A stretch of 35,853 nucleotides of DNA, taken from assembly GCA_964620895.1 (NCBI GenBank), contig CAZUHZ010000001.1, positions 1-35,853 on the forward strand, given 5' to 3'. The notes under the pieces were generated by a model that saw only the letters and a list, made by a program, of their open reading frames with translations, was not told the DNA's origin and searched no databases. Both the position numbers and the translations under genes were made by a program. This document shows positions 27,489-35,853 of the stretch, in pieces (the first letter of the stretch is position 1; each line of letters starts with the position of its first letter). Source of the DNA: an uncultured Dysgonomonadaceae bacterium. Its GTDB lineage: Bacteria; Bacteroidota; Bacteroidia; Bacteroidales; Dysgonomonadaceae.

Positions 27489-28208
27489 ATGACCAAATTA
27501 AGCGTTAATATAAATAAAGTAGCAACTTTGAGAAATGCAAGAGGCGAAAATCTCCCCGATGTATTGAAAGTTGCTGAAGATTGCCAACGTTTTGGAGCAG
27601 ACGGCATAACCGTGCACCCTAGACCCGACGAGAGACATATTACGAAGAAAGATGTATTTGACCTTCAGTCAAAAATAACAACCGAATTCAATATTGAAGG
27701 ATATCCTTCACCAGAGTTTATTGCAATGGTGAAGAGGGTCAAGCCCAATCAAGTAACATTTGTGCCCGATCAGCCCAATGCCCTTACTTCTAATCAGGGT
27801 TGGGATACAATAACTCACGAATTGTTTTTGACAGAAATTGTTACAGAAATGCAAGCTGCCGATATTCGCACCTCACTATTTATTGAGGCAGATGTAGAAA
27901 AAGTTAAGGCGGCTTCGAGAATCGGGACAGATAGAGTTGAGCTTTTCACAGGACCTTATGCAAAGCAATATTCAAAAGACAAAGAAGCAGCTATTGCTCC
28001 TTTTATTGAGGCTGCACTATTGGCTAAGAGCTTGGGCTTGGGCGTAAATGCAGGGCATGACCTAAGCTTAGATAATCTGACCTATTTAATCGAGAAAATT
28101 CCTTTTATAAAAGAAGTTTCTATTGGGCATGCGCTCATCTCTGATGCTCTATACTTGGGCTTAGAAAAAACGATAAAAGCCTATAAGAATTGTTTAATAG
28201 CCTTATAG
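27489..28208 (+). CDS. pdxJ: Pyridoxine 5'-phosphate synthase
   Basis: 239 aa with the motifs LSVNINKVATLRNARG and GITVHPRPDERHI. Confidence 0.95.
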   Translation: MTKLSVNINKVATLRNARGENLPDVLKVAEDCQRFGADGITVHPRPDERHITKKDVFDLQSKITTEFNIEGYPSPEFIAMVKRVKPNQVTFVPDQPNALTSNQGWDTITHELFLTEIVTEMQAADIRTSLFIEADVEKVKAASRIGTDRVELFTGPYAKQYSKDKEAAIAPFIEAALLAKSLGLGVNAGHDLSLDNLTYLIEKIPFIKEVSIGHALISDALYLGLEKTIKAYKNCLIAL

Positions 28209-28292
28209 ATAGGCAAGAAAACAAATTAGTTTTTTATCTTTACTTCATTCAAAAATAAATTGGACAATACACTATAAATGCGACAATAAGCT

Positions 28293-28991
28293 ATGAATAT
28301 ATTACAAATTCCAGTATCTGCTCTCGACTCACTGCAAAGTGCTAGCACAACTATTGATGCTCAAGCAACAACTATGAATGCTTTTGAACTTGCTGCTAAG
28401 GGTGGGTGGATAATGATTGTGCTATTGATACTTCTTTTTCTTTCGATTTATGTGTTGATAGAAAGAACACTTGTCATAAAAAAAGCAAGGCAAGAGGATG
28501 CTACCTTTATGAATAGAATTAAAGATTATATTCACGAAGGGAAAGTGGATGCAGCACTTGGTTTATGTAGAAAGACGGACACGCCTGCTGCACGAATGGT
28601 GGAAAAGGGAATAAGTCGCATCGGACGCCCCACAACAGACGTAACTAGTGCTGTTGAAAATGTGGGCAACATAGAGATTGCAATGCTTGAAAAGGGATTG
28701 CCCATCTTGGCTACCACTGCTGCAGGAGCTCCTATGATTGGGTTTCTTGGAACTGTGACAGGTATGGTGAAAGCATTTATGAGCATGGCTGGCGAAGGAG
28801 CCAATGTGGATGTGACTACTCTATCGACAGGTATCTACGAAGCACTTGTTACAACCGTTGGTGGACTTGTAGTAGGTATTATTGCAATGTTTGCATACAA
28901 CTATCTTACCACACTCATCAAAGGAATAATAAACAAGATGGAGATGCGCATAATGGAGTTTATGGATATTTTGAACGAACCAGCAGCTTAA
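28293..28991 (+). CDS. exbB: MotA/TolQ/ExbB proton-channel protein
   Basis: 232 aa with three TM helices and the conserved C-terminal channel region (PMIGFLGTVTGMVKAF; GIYEALVTTVGGLVVG). Confidence 0.9.
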   Translation: MNILQIPVSALDSLQSASTTIDAQATTMNAFELAAKGGWIMIVLLILLFLSIYVLIERTLVIKKARQEDATFMNRIKDYIHEGKVDAALGLCRKTDTPAARMVEKGISRIGRPTTDVTSAVENVGNIEIAMLEKGLPILATTAAGAPMIGFLGTVTGMVKAFMSMAGEGANVDVTTLSTGIYEALVTTVGGLVVGIIAMFAYNYLTTLIKGIINKMEMRIMEFMDILNEPAA

Positions 28992-29000
28992 TAAACGTAT

Positions 29001-29408
29001 ATGGCACTTAAACAAAAACATACAATAGAATCGAATTTTAGTATGGCATCCATGACGGATGTTATCTTCCTATTGTTGATTTTCTTTATGATTACATCTA
29101 CTATTGTTGTACCAAGTGCAATAAAAGTATTGTTACCTAAAGCGCAACAACAGGCTCAAGCAAAACCATTGACACGTGTTACTATTGATGCTGATATGAG
29201 ATACTATGTAGCATCGGGCAACGATATGGAGCGAGAAGTACCCTTTGAAGCTGTAACTCCTTTTTTAGAAGAGTCGTACAGCGACGACCCTAATATATTT
29301 GTAGCACTCTATGCCGACGAAAGTGTTCCTTATCGAGAGATAGTAAAAATTTTGGATATTGCAAATCAGCACAAATTCAAAATGGTTTTAATGACTCGTC
29401 CTAAGTAA
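29001..29408 (+). CDS. exbD: ExbD/TolR biopolymer transport protein
   Basis: 135 aa with a single N-terminal TM carrying the conserved Asp (MTDVIFLLLIFFMIT) and a periplasmic ExbD domain. Confidence 0.88.
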   Translation: MALKQKHTIESNFSMASMTDVIFLLLIFFMITSTIVVPSAIKVLLPKAQQQAQAKPLTRVTIDADMRYYVASGNDMEREVPFEAVTPFLEESYSDDPNIFVALYADESVPYREIVKILDIANQHKFKMVLMTRPK

Positions 29409-29444
29409 CTTATTCAGGGTTCTTAATCTTTCATTTACCGAAGC

Positions 29445-30260
29445 ATGCAACAATTAACGATTACAAAAGAAGAAATAACTGGCATGATTGGAGCAATTAT
29501 CTTTATGGTATTGCTTTTGGTCATTCTTTTGTTCTCTTATTTCACTCTTGCTAGCCCTTCTCAAGACTTGGAGGGCATTCCGGTTATGTTTGGCAATGTT
29601 GAGGATGCTGGAGGATACGAAGAGCCTCCAATGAACGAGATAACACCACTTATAGAAGAAACTCCCACTCCACAAAACATACCATCAGAAACTCCTTTGA
29701 TAGCTCAAATCGATGAGGCATCTATCGAGGTTGAGGAGCAGAAAAGTAAAGAGCAAGAAGAGGAGGATCGTAAAAAACAAGCTTTGCTTGAAGAGCAACG
29801 TCGTCAGCAAGCTGAGGCTGAGCGCAAGAGAAAAGAAGAGGAAGCTAGAAGACGGGCTATCAATCAAGAGATGTCGGGCCTATTTGGTGAAAACGCCAAT
29901 GTTAATAGAGGAACAACGGAAGGTGAGGGTACGCAAGGAGTTTCTACAGGCACTTCTGATCAAGGGGCTGCATCTGGTGCTGGAGGAATTGGTTCGTACG
30001 ATTTAGGTGGAAGAAGCGTTGGGAGTGGCGGTTTGATTCAACCAAAATACACAGTGGATGATTATGGAACAGTGGTGGTGAATATCACAGTTGATCCAAA
30101 AGGAAATGTAATAGGTGCTGAAATTGGTCGTGGAACTAATACAGGCAATCCTACTTTGCGACAAGATGCTATTAGAGCTGCTCGCAACACTAAGTTTAAC
30201 TCAATAAGTAGTGCCAACAATCAGCAAGGGACTATTACCTATAAGTTTAATCTAAATTAA
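29445..30260 (+). CDS. TonB/TolA-like energy transducer
   Basis: 271 aa with an N-terminal TM, a Pro/Glu-rich spacer, a charged coil (EEQRRQQAEAERKRKEEEARRRA), a Gly-rich linker and a C-terminal TonB-type domain (GTVVVNITVDPKGNVIGAEI...GTITYKFNL). Confidence 0.75.
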   Translation: MQQLTITKEEITGMIGAIIFMVLLLVILLFSYFTLASPSQDLEGIPVMFGNVEDAGGYEEPPMNEITPLIEETPTPQNIPSETPLIAQIDEASIEVEEQKSKEQEEEDRKKQALLEEQRRQQAEAERKRKEEEARRRAINQEMSGLFGENANVNRGTTEGEGTQGVSTGTSDQGAASGAGGIGSYDLGGRSVGSGGLIQPKYTVDDYGTVVVNITVDPKGNVIGAEIGRGTNTGNPTLRQDAIRAARNTKFNSISSANNQQGTITYKFNLN

Positions 30261-30275
30261 AAAAGGAGATATAAC

Positions 30276-30818
30276 ATGAAAAAAGTAATCGTATTCTTAG
30301 CAGAAGGATTTGAAGAGATAGAAGCAATATCTATAATAGATGTATTGCGCAGAGCCGAAGTTTCGGTAACTACTGTGTCAATAAGTAAAGAGAAAGAAGT
30401 AAAAGGTGCTCACAACGTTCCAGTTGTAGCCGATAAGCTTTTTGATGACGTAGATTTCGCTTCTTATGATATGATAGTGCTTCCAGGCGGAATGCCAGGA
30501 GCAAAAAACCTACAAGAGCACGAAGGGGTAAAGAAGCAAGTAGAAGTGTTTGAGAAAGATAAACATGTTGGAGCCATTTGTGCAGCACCAATGGTGCTGG
30601 GTGGTATGGGTTTGCTGAAAGGCAGGCGTGCAACATGCTACCCTGGATTTGAAGCAGAACTTATCGGAGCTACTATAACCAACGAAGAGGTTACAGTAGA
30701 TGGCAATATAATTACTGGTAAAGGACCTGCTTTTGCCATGAAGTTTGCTCTGCAATTGGTGGAAACATTAGCTGGCAAAGCTACCCGAAATGAAGTTTCC
30801 AATGGGTTGCTATTGTAA
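30276..30818 (+). CDS. DJ-1/PfpI (YajL/ThiJ-like) family protein
   Basis: 180 aa with the nucleophile-elbow motif VGAICAAP and typical DJ-1 topology. Confidence 0.88.
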   Translation: MKKVIVFLAEGFEEIEAISIIDVLRRAEVSVTTVSISKEKEVKGAHNVPVVADKLFDDVDFASYDMIVLPGGMPGAKNLQEHEGVKKQVEVFEKDKHVGAICAAPMVLGGMGLLKGRRATCYPGFEAELIGATITNEEVTVDGNIITGKGPAFAMKFALQLVETLAGKATRNEVSNGLLL

Positions 30819-30859
30819 AGTATAGAAAACAAGCTTGTAAGTTTCTTATAGTATTGAAT

Positions 30860-30897
30860 AAGACTGTTTCTAAATCATTGGGACAGTCTTTTTTTTA
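30860..30897 (+). terminator. Rho-independent terminator after the DJ-1-family gene
   Basis: The stem aagactgt (30860-30867) pairs with acagtctt (30883-30890) and is followed by a T-run. Confidence 0.65.
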
Positions 30898-31058
30898 TCT
30901 GTAGAATCTAGAAGCTTGCGCCCACACTATCTATTGACAATTCAATTTTTTTTTGAAAACATCAAAAGCAGAGCGAGCAATACGAGTATAGATATGTAAA
31001 TGAGGATGGTAATATCAATATTATCGCTCAATTAATTGGTTTATACAAAATAACAAAG

Positions 31059-31066
31059 TATCTTTG
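31059..31066 (+). promoter_or_regulatory. Bacteroidota -7 box (TAtcTTTG) upstream of rpsA
   Basis: TATCTTTGCAAC lies 59 nt upstream of the ATG at 31126. Confidence 0.5.
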
Positions 31067-31125
31067 CAACCGTTTTTCAAATAATATAATGTCTAACTTT
31101 ATTAATTACATTTTTTAATCAACAA

Positions 31126-33360
31126 ATGAGTGACGAACTAAAAATCGCAGCTCCCATCGAAGATTTTGATTGGGACGCATACGCAGAAGGGGAAACCTAC
31201 AACAAAGAAGAGAAAAAACAGTTAACTGAGGTTTACGACCAAACGCTAAGTACAATTACCGATAAGGAAGTTGTAATGGGCACAGTAACTGACATGAACA
31301 AGCGCGAAGTGCTTGTAAACATCGGGTTTAAATCCGAGGGGATAATTTCATTAAACGAATTTCGTTATAATCCAGAATTAAAGCCTGGTGACGAAGTGGA
31401 AGTTTATATTGAAACCCAAGAAGACAAAAATGGGCAATTAATACTATCTCACAAAAAAGCTCGTGCTTCACGTGCATGGGATAGAGTAAATGCTGCTCTA
31501 GAAAACAACGAGATTATTACAGGATACATCAAATGCCGCACAAAAGGTGGTATGATTGTAGATGTATTTGGTATTGAAGCGTTCCTTCCAGGTTCACAAA
31601 TTGACGTGAAACCAATACGCGATTATGATGTTTTTGTAGACAAAACAATGGAGTTTAAAGTGGTTAAGATTAACCCAGAATACAAAAACGTTGTTGTTTC
31701 GCACAAAGCGTTAATTGAAGAGGAACTAGAACAACAGAAAAAAGAAATTATTGCTAAGCTTGAAAAAGGTCAAGTACTTGAAGGTACTGTTAAAAACATT
31801 ACTTCTTATGGTGTGTTTATCGACCTTGGCGGAGTAGATGGTCTTGTTCACATTACTGACTTATCATGGGGTCGTGTACAACATCCTGAGGAAGTTGTAT
31901 CGCTTGACGATAAGATAAACGTAGTTATTCTAGATTTTGATGAAGAGAGAAAACGTATTGCTCTTGGTATAAAACAACTTACTCCACACCCATGGGATGC
32001 ACTGGATGCGGATCTTAAGGTAGGCGACGTTGTAAAAGGAAGAGTGGTGGTAATGGCAGATTATGGTGCATTTGTTGAAATCAATCAAGGTGTTGAAGGA
32101 CTTATTCACGTATCTGAAATGAGCTGGACTCAACACTTACGTAGCGCTCAAGACTTCTTGAATGTAGGCGACGAAATAGAGGCAGTTGTTCTTACACTCG
32201 ATAGAGAAGAAAGAAAAATGTCGCTTGGCATGAAGCAATTGAAACCAGATCCATGGGAAGATATTGAAACTAAATATCCAGTGGGAAGCAGACACAATGC
32301 TATTGTACGCAACTTTACTAACTTTGGTATCTTTGTTGAGATTGAAGAAGGAGTTGAGGGATTGGTACATATTTCCGACTTGTCGTGGACTAAGAAAGTT
32401 AAACATCCAAGTGAAGTAACTGAATTAGGCGCAACAATTGAGATTCAAGTTCTAGAAGTTGACAAAGAAAACCGTCGTTTGAGCTTAGGTCACAAGCAAT
32501 TGGAAGAAAATCCATGGGAAGTGTTCGAAACTGTATTCACAGTAGGTTCTGTACACGAAGGTACAATTGTAGAATTGCTAGACAAAGGTGCAGTTATTTC
32601 TCTACCTTATGGTGTTGAAGCATTTGCAACTTCAAAATTCTTAGTAAAAGAAGACGGAAGCCAAGCACAATTGGAAGATAGATTAGAATTCCAGATTGTT
32701 GAATTTAACAAAGATTCAAAAAGGATTTTAGTTTCGCACAGCCGCACCTACGAAGATGATAGTCAGAAATCAGACAAGGGTAAACCAGCTAGCAAAAAAA
32801 CTTCTCGCAAGAGAGATGCTGCTCCTGTAGTTGCTCCATCTGTTGCAGCTGAAAAATCTACTTTAGGAGATATCGAAGAGTTGGCTGCTTTAAAAGAAAA
32901 GCTCGACAACAAAAAGATAAGTAAAGCCAAAGCTGCTTTAGATAAAAAAGAAGCTGAGAAAGCTGCTGAAGAAGAAGCACCTGTAGCAGACGATGCTGTA
33001 GAAGCAAAGAAGGTAACAGCAAAAGCTGAAGAGAAAGCAGAAAAAGAAGCTAAGAAACCTGCTGCAGAAGAAGCTCCAGTAGCTGACGATACTAAAGAAG
33101 CAGAGAAAACTACAGCTAAAGCAGAAGAAAAAGTAGAGAAAGCTGAAGAGGAGAAGGAAGTTGTAGCAAAACCTGAAGTGAAAGCTGAAAAAGAAACTAA
33201 GGAATCTGTTGCAGAGGAAGCTCCAGTAGTTGACAAAGCTGAAGAGGCAAAGGAAGCTAAAGTTGAAAAGGAAGCTGAAGCAAAAGCTGACAAAAAAGCT
33301 GATAGCGCTGAAAAACCTAAAGAGGAAAAATCAGACGAAGAGACAAAGTCAGAAGAATAA
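31126..33360 (+). CDS. rpsA: 30S ribosomal protein S1 with extended repetitive C-terminal tail
   Basis: 744 aa. Six consecutive S1/OB domains (for example GTVKNITSYGVFIDLGGVDGLVHITDLSW and GLIHVSEMSW) end near residue 540. They are followed by about 200 residues of Lys/Glu/Ala-rich sequence. Confidence 0.95.
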   Translation: MSDELKIAAPIEDFDWDAYAEGETYNKEEKKQLTEVYDQTLSTITDKEVVMGTVTDMNKREVLVNIGFKSEGIISLNEFRYNPELKPGDEVEVYIETQEDKNGQLILSHKKARASRAWDRVNAALENNEIITGYIKCRTKGGMIVDVFGIEAFLPGSQIDVKPIRDYDVFVDKTMEFKVVKINPEYKNVVVSHKALIEEELEQQKKEIIAKLEKGQVLEGTVKNITSYGVFIDLGGVDGLVHITDLSWGRVQHPEEVVSLDDKINVVILDFDEERKRIALGIKQLTPHPWDALDADLKVGDVVKGRVVVMADYGAFVEINQGVEGLIHVSEMSWTQHLRSAQDFLNVGDEIEAVVLTLDREERKMSLGMKQLKPDPWEDIETKYPVGSRHNAIVRNFTNFGIFVEIEEGVEGLVHISDLSWTKKVKHPSEVTELGATIEIQVLEVDKENRRLSLGHKQLEENPWEVFETVFTVGSVHEGTIVELLDKGAVISLPYGVEAFATSKFLVKEDGSQAQLEDRLEFQIVEFNKDSKRILVSHSRTYEDDSQKSDKGKPASKKTSRKRDAAPVVAPSVAAEKSTLGDIEELAALKEKLDNKKISKAKAALDKKEAEKAAEEEAPVADDAVEAKKVTAKAEEKAEKEAKKPAAEEAPVADDTKEAEKTTAKAEEKVEKAEEEKEVVAKPEVKAEKETKESVAEEAPVVDKAEEAKEAKVEKEAEAKADKKADSAEKPKEEKSDEETKSEE

Positions 33361-33390
33361 AAAGAAACTGATTTTATAACTATATCAAAA

Positions 33391-33421
33391 AGAGCTACCC
33401 ATAAATTGGGTGGCTCTTTTT
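33391..33421 (+). terminator. Rho-independent terminator of rpsA
   Basis: An 11-bp stem (agagctaccca pairing with tgggtggctct, one G-U pair, loop taaat) is followed by ttttt. It starts 31 nt after the stop codon. Confidence 0.75.
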
Positions 33422-33499
33422 AGGTTTATATAATATGGTGTGTGAGGGATGATAGTGTAGAATGAGAAGATCATTCCCCTGTTTACTAAAAAAATAAAT

Positions 33500-33507
33500 T
33501 ATCTTTG
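33500..33507 (+). promoter_or_regulatory. Bacteroidota -7 box (TAtcTTTG) upstream of the radical SAM gene
   Basis: TATCTTTGCATAA lies 22 nt upstream of the ATG at 33530. Confidence 0.5.
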
Positions 33508-33529
33508 CATAAATTGACCAAGCAAAAAG

Positions 33530-34456
33530 ATGAGTAATTTAATAAAACCATATAGAGACTTCACATCCTATCTATCAGAAAACTTTCCGTATAAAGTGCA
33601 AAAGATATCTATCAATGCGGGGTTCACCTGTCCCAATCGTGATGGGACTAAGGGTAGAGGTGGTTGCACCTATTGCAACAACAAAAGTTTTAGCCCTGAA
33701 TATAGCACTCCTATCAAAACAGTTACAGAACAACTGAAAGAGGGCATAGATTTCTTTTCTCATAAGTACACCGAAATGAAATATCTGGCTTACTTTCAAT
33801 CTTATACCAATACCTATGAGAGCCTAGGCAAGCTGATAGATTTGTACGATGAGGCATTGGCATGCCCAAATGTAGTGGGGCTAGTTGTTAGCACTCGCCC
33901 AGATTGTGTGTCAAATGATTTACTCAATTATTTTGAGAGAATAAGTAAAGAGCATTTTGTGCTCATTGAGTATGGAGTAGAGTCAACATTGAATAAAACG
34001 CTCGAAAGAGTAAACAGACAACATACTTTCGATGACTCGATAGAAGCAATAACAAACACAGCCAAGAGAGGCATCCCTGTGGGCGCACACATGATATTAG
34101 GGTTGCCAGGTGAATCTTATAGCGATATCTTATCTCACGCTACTACCTTATCTTCATTGCCTCTTACTACAATCAAACTTCATCAATTGCAAATAGTGAA
34201 AGGAACTGCAATGGCAAAAGAGTATCAGCTGCTGCCCGAATCATTTCATATATTCAAATTGGAAGAGTATGTTGACCTTTGTGTGGACTTTTCAGAGCTG
34301 CTTAATCCCAGTTTTTATATCGACCGATTTGCTTCTCAGTCGCCAAAACAGATGTTGATTGCTCCTGATTGGGGAGTGAAAAACCATGAGCTCACACAAA
34401 AGATCATCAAGCGCTTTAGCGAGAGGGATACCTTTCAGGGGAAATTGTATCAATAA
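33530..34456 (+). CDS. TIGR01212/YhcC-type radical SAM protein
   Basis: 308 aa. The N-terminal cluster motif CPNRDGTKGRGGCTYC, with its long first spacer, and the Elp3-like core match this family. Confidence 0.85.
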   Translation: MSNLIKPYRDFTSYLSENFPYKVQKISINAGFTCPNRDGTKGRGGCTYCNNKSFSPEYSTPIKTVTEQLKEGIDFFSHKYTEMKYLAYFQSYTNTYESLGKLIDLYDEALACPNVVGLVVSTRPDCVSNDLLNYFERISKEHFVLIEYGVESTLNKTLERVNRQHTFDDSIEAITNTAKRGIPVGAHMILGLPGESYSDILSHATTLSSLPLTTIKLHQLQIVKGTAMAKEYQLLPESFHIFKLEEYVDLCVDFSELLNPSFYIDRFASQSPKQMLIAPDWGVKNHELTQKIIKRFSERDTFQGKLYQ

Positions 34457-34530
34457 AAACGAATGAAACCGATTTTATTTACCTGAAAACTCTACAAAAC
34501 TGCAATTTAGAGTCAATTTGGAGGGAATAT

Positions 34531-34561
34531 TTTGTTTATATGAATATTATTTCTATATTTG
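34531..34561 (+). promoter_or_regulatory. Bacteroidota promoter of tRNA-Pro (TTTG-N19-TAtaTTTG)
   Basis: TTTG lies at 34531-34534 and TATATTTG at 34554-34561, with a 19-nt spacer. The -7 box ends 26 nt before the mature tRNA 5' end. Confidence 0.65.
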
Positions 34562-34587
34562 CACTCGATTTAAGACAGCAAATCATT

Positions 34588-34662
34588 CGGGGTGTAGCAC
34601 AGTCCGGTTAGTGTGCCTGCTTTGGGAGCAGGAGGTCCGAGGTTCGAATCCTCGTACCCCGA
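34588..34662 (+). tRNA. tRNA-Pro (anticodon TGG)
   Basis: A hand-folded 75-nt cloverleaf. The acceptor stem is cggggtg/taccccg. The D-arm is gcac/gtgt with a GG loop. The anticodon stem is cctgc/gcagg with loop ttTGGga. The variable loop is 5 nt, and the T-arm is cgagg-ttcgaat-cctcg. The discriminator is A, and CCA is not encoded. Confidence 0.93.
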
Positions 34663-34671
34663 CTATATAAA

Positions 34672-34701
34672 ACATCAGCATTTTAATGCTGATGTTTTTT
34701 T
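34672..34701 (+). terminator. Rho-independent terminator after tRNA-Pro
   Basis: A perfect 10-bp stem (acatcagcat at 34672-34681 pairing with atgctgatgt at 34686-34695, loop ttta) is followed by a T-run. Confidence 0.8.
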
Positions 34702-34769
34702 ATGTCCAACAATTTTCTCATTCACTCTCTTATTACACAAATGTTACTTTCCTAAAACTGATTTATTTG

Positions 34770-34777
34770 TATCTTTG
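34770..34777 (+). promoter_or_regulatory. Bacteroidota -7 box (TAtcTTTG) upstream of aspS
   Basis: TATCTTTGCAATAC lies 31 nt upstream of the ATG at 34809. Confidence 0.5.
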
Positions 34778-34808
34778 CAATACAAAATAACAAGCTTATA
34801 ATTATATT

Positions 34809-35853
34809 ATGTACAGAACTAATACGTGCGGCGATCTTAACCTAACCAATGTAGATGACAAAATTGTGCTTTCTGGATGGGTGCACAGAGTAAGAAAGAT
34901 GGGTGGAATGACTTTTATAGATATAAGAGATAGGTATGGAATTACTCAACTGTCTTTTGATCAAGAAGTCAACGAAGAGCTGTATAATCAAGCTAACAAG
35001 CTTGGTAGAGAGTGGGTTGTGAAAGTTGAAGGTGTTGTAAAAGAGCGTTCAAGCAAAAACAGTAATATCCCTACTGGCGATATTGAGATTATAGCTAGCA
35101 AACTGATTGTGCTGAATAAATCGAAAACCCCGCCTTTCACTATCGAAGATGACACTGATGGTGGCGAAGATTTACGAATGAAATATCGTTACTTAGATTT
35201 GCGTCGCAAATCTGTGCGTAAGAATTTAGAGTTGCGTCATAAAATGACCATCGAAACGAGGAAGTATTTAGATGAACTCAACTTTCTTGAAGTGGAAACA
35301 CCCATGTTGATTGGTTCTACGCCCGAAGGAGCGCGCGATTTTGTAGTTCCCTCACGCATGAATCAAGGTGAGTTTTACGCATTGCCACAATCGCCACAGT
35401 TGTTTAAGCAATTGTTGATGGTATCTGGGTTTGATAGATACTTCCAGATTGTGAAGTGCTTTAGAGACGAAGATTTAAGAGCAGACCGTCAACCAGAATT
35501 TACACAAATAGATTGCGAAATGTCTTTTGTAGATCAAAATGATGTGTTGAACACATTTGAAGGACTGGCAAAACACCTATTCAAAACACTAAAAGGAGTT
35601 GACATACCCGATTTTCCACGCATGAGTTATGCCGATGCTATGAAATATTATGGGTCGGACAAACCAGACATTCGTTTTGATATGAAACTGGTAGAGATGA
35701 AAGATTTGACCACCGATCGAGATTTTGTTGTGTTTGACTCAGCTCCTTATGTGGGTGCAATATGTGTAGAAGGCTGTGCAGTATATACAAGAAGGCAATT
35801 GGACGATTTGACCAAGTTTGTAAAACGTCCACAAGTTGGAGCAAAAGGATTGA
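34809..35853 (+). CDS. aspS: Aspartate--tRNA ligase, 5' part (runs off the window)
   Basis: This ORF is not in the track because it has no stop in the window. My translation from ATG 34809 begins [44 protein letters not shown]. It continues through the class II motifs [47 protein letters not shown]. Confidence 0.95.
   Translation, partial: MYRTNTCGDLNLTNVDDKIVLSGWVHRVRKMGGMTFIDIRDRYGITQLSFDQEVNEELYNQANKLGREWVVKVEGVVKERSSKNSNIPTGDIEIIASKLIVLNKSKTPPFTIEDDTDGGEDLRMKYRYLDLRRKSVRKNLELRHKMTIETRKYLDELNFLEVETPMLIGSTPEGARDFVVPSRMNQGEFYALPQSPQLFKQLLMVSGFDRYFQIVKCFRDEDLRADRQPEFTQIDCEMSFVDQNDVLNTFEGLAKHLFKTLKGVDIPDFPRMSYADAMKYYGSDKPDIRFDMKLVEMKDLTTDRDFVVFDSAPYVGAICVEGCAVYTRRQLDDLTKFVKRPQVGAKGL

Noticed and set aside
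32763-33293. 176-aa Ser/Ala/Phe-rich ORF antisense to rpsA
   Set aside because: It is the reverse complement of the GAA/GCT/AAA-rich repeats of the S1 tail. It lies entirely inside a confidently called gene.
1-35853. Mobile elements, prophage, defence islands, toxin-antitoxin pairs, biosynthetic clusters
   Set aside because: There are no transposase, integrase, recombinase, cas, restriction-modification, abortive-infection or toxin-like ORFs, and no flanking inverted repeats or a tRNA-adjacent island. tRNA-Pro is followed directly by aspS. All ORFs longer than 120 aa are explained by housekeeping or common conserved families.

Overview
This is an AT-rich chromosomal segment that reads as core genome of a Bacteroidota bacterium. 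The taxon call rests on three things: Bacteroidota-type promoters (TTTG / TAnnTTTG), no Shine-Dalgarno sequences, and a compact 286-aa primary sigma factor with the LemA-TPM-TPM and pdxJ-exbB-exbD-tonB neighbourhoods. I can support 32 protein genes (31 complete, plus aspS running off the right edge), one tRNA-Pro(TGG), several promoters and several rho-independent terminators. Gene content is housekeeping: pgk, ansA, rpoD, htrA, lysA, miaA, fmt, a ClC channel, tsaC, recR, serC, nadK, pdxJ, rpsA and aspS. I see no CRISPR array, transposase or integrase, toxin-antitoxin pair, restriction or other defence genes, and no cluster of unknown proteins. I therefore cannot point to a convincing novel protein-based system here. 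What annotation leaves unexplained is non-coding. (i) A 1,019-bp ORF-poor gap lies between the convergent GH15 and OmpA genes (5789-6807). It holds a G-rich motif cluster, three consecutive stem-loops and a decayed 41-bp-period tandem array. (ii) A 42-bp-period tandem array sits at the left edge (1 to about 400); it is open in one reading frame but continues past its stop codon. (iii) A 616-bp gap (21132-21747) contains an all-GC hairpin and an (AT)7 tract. Ribosomal protein S1 also carries an unusually long, internally repeated Lys/Glu/Ala-rich C-terminal tail. All functional readings of these elements are hypotheses that need searches or expression data I cannot run.
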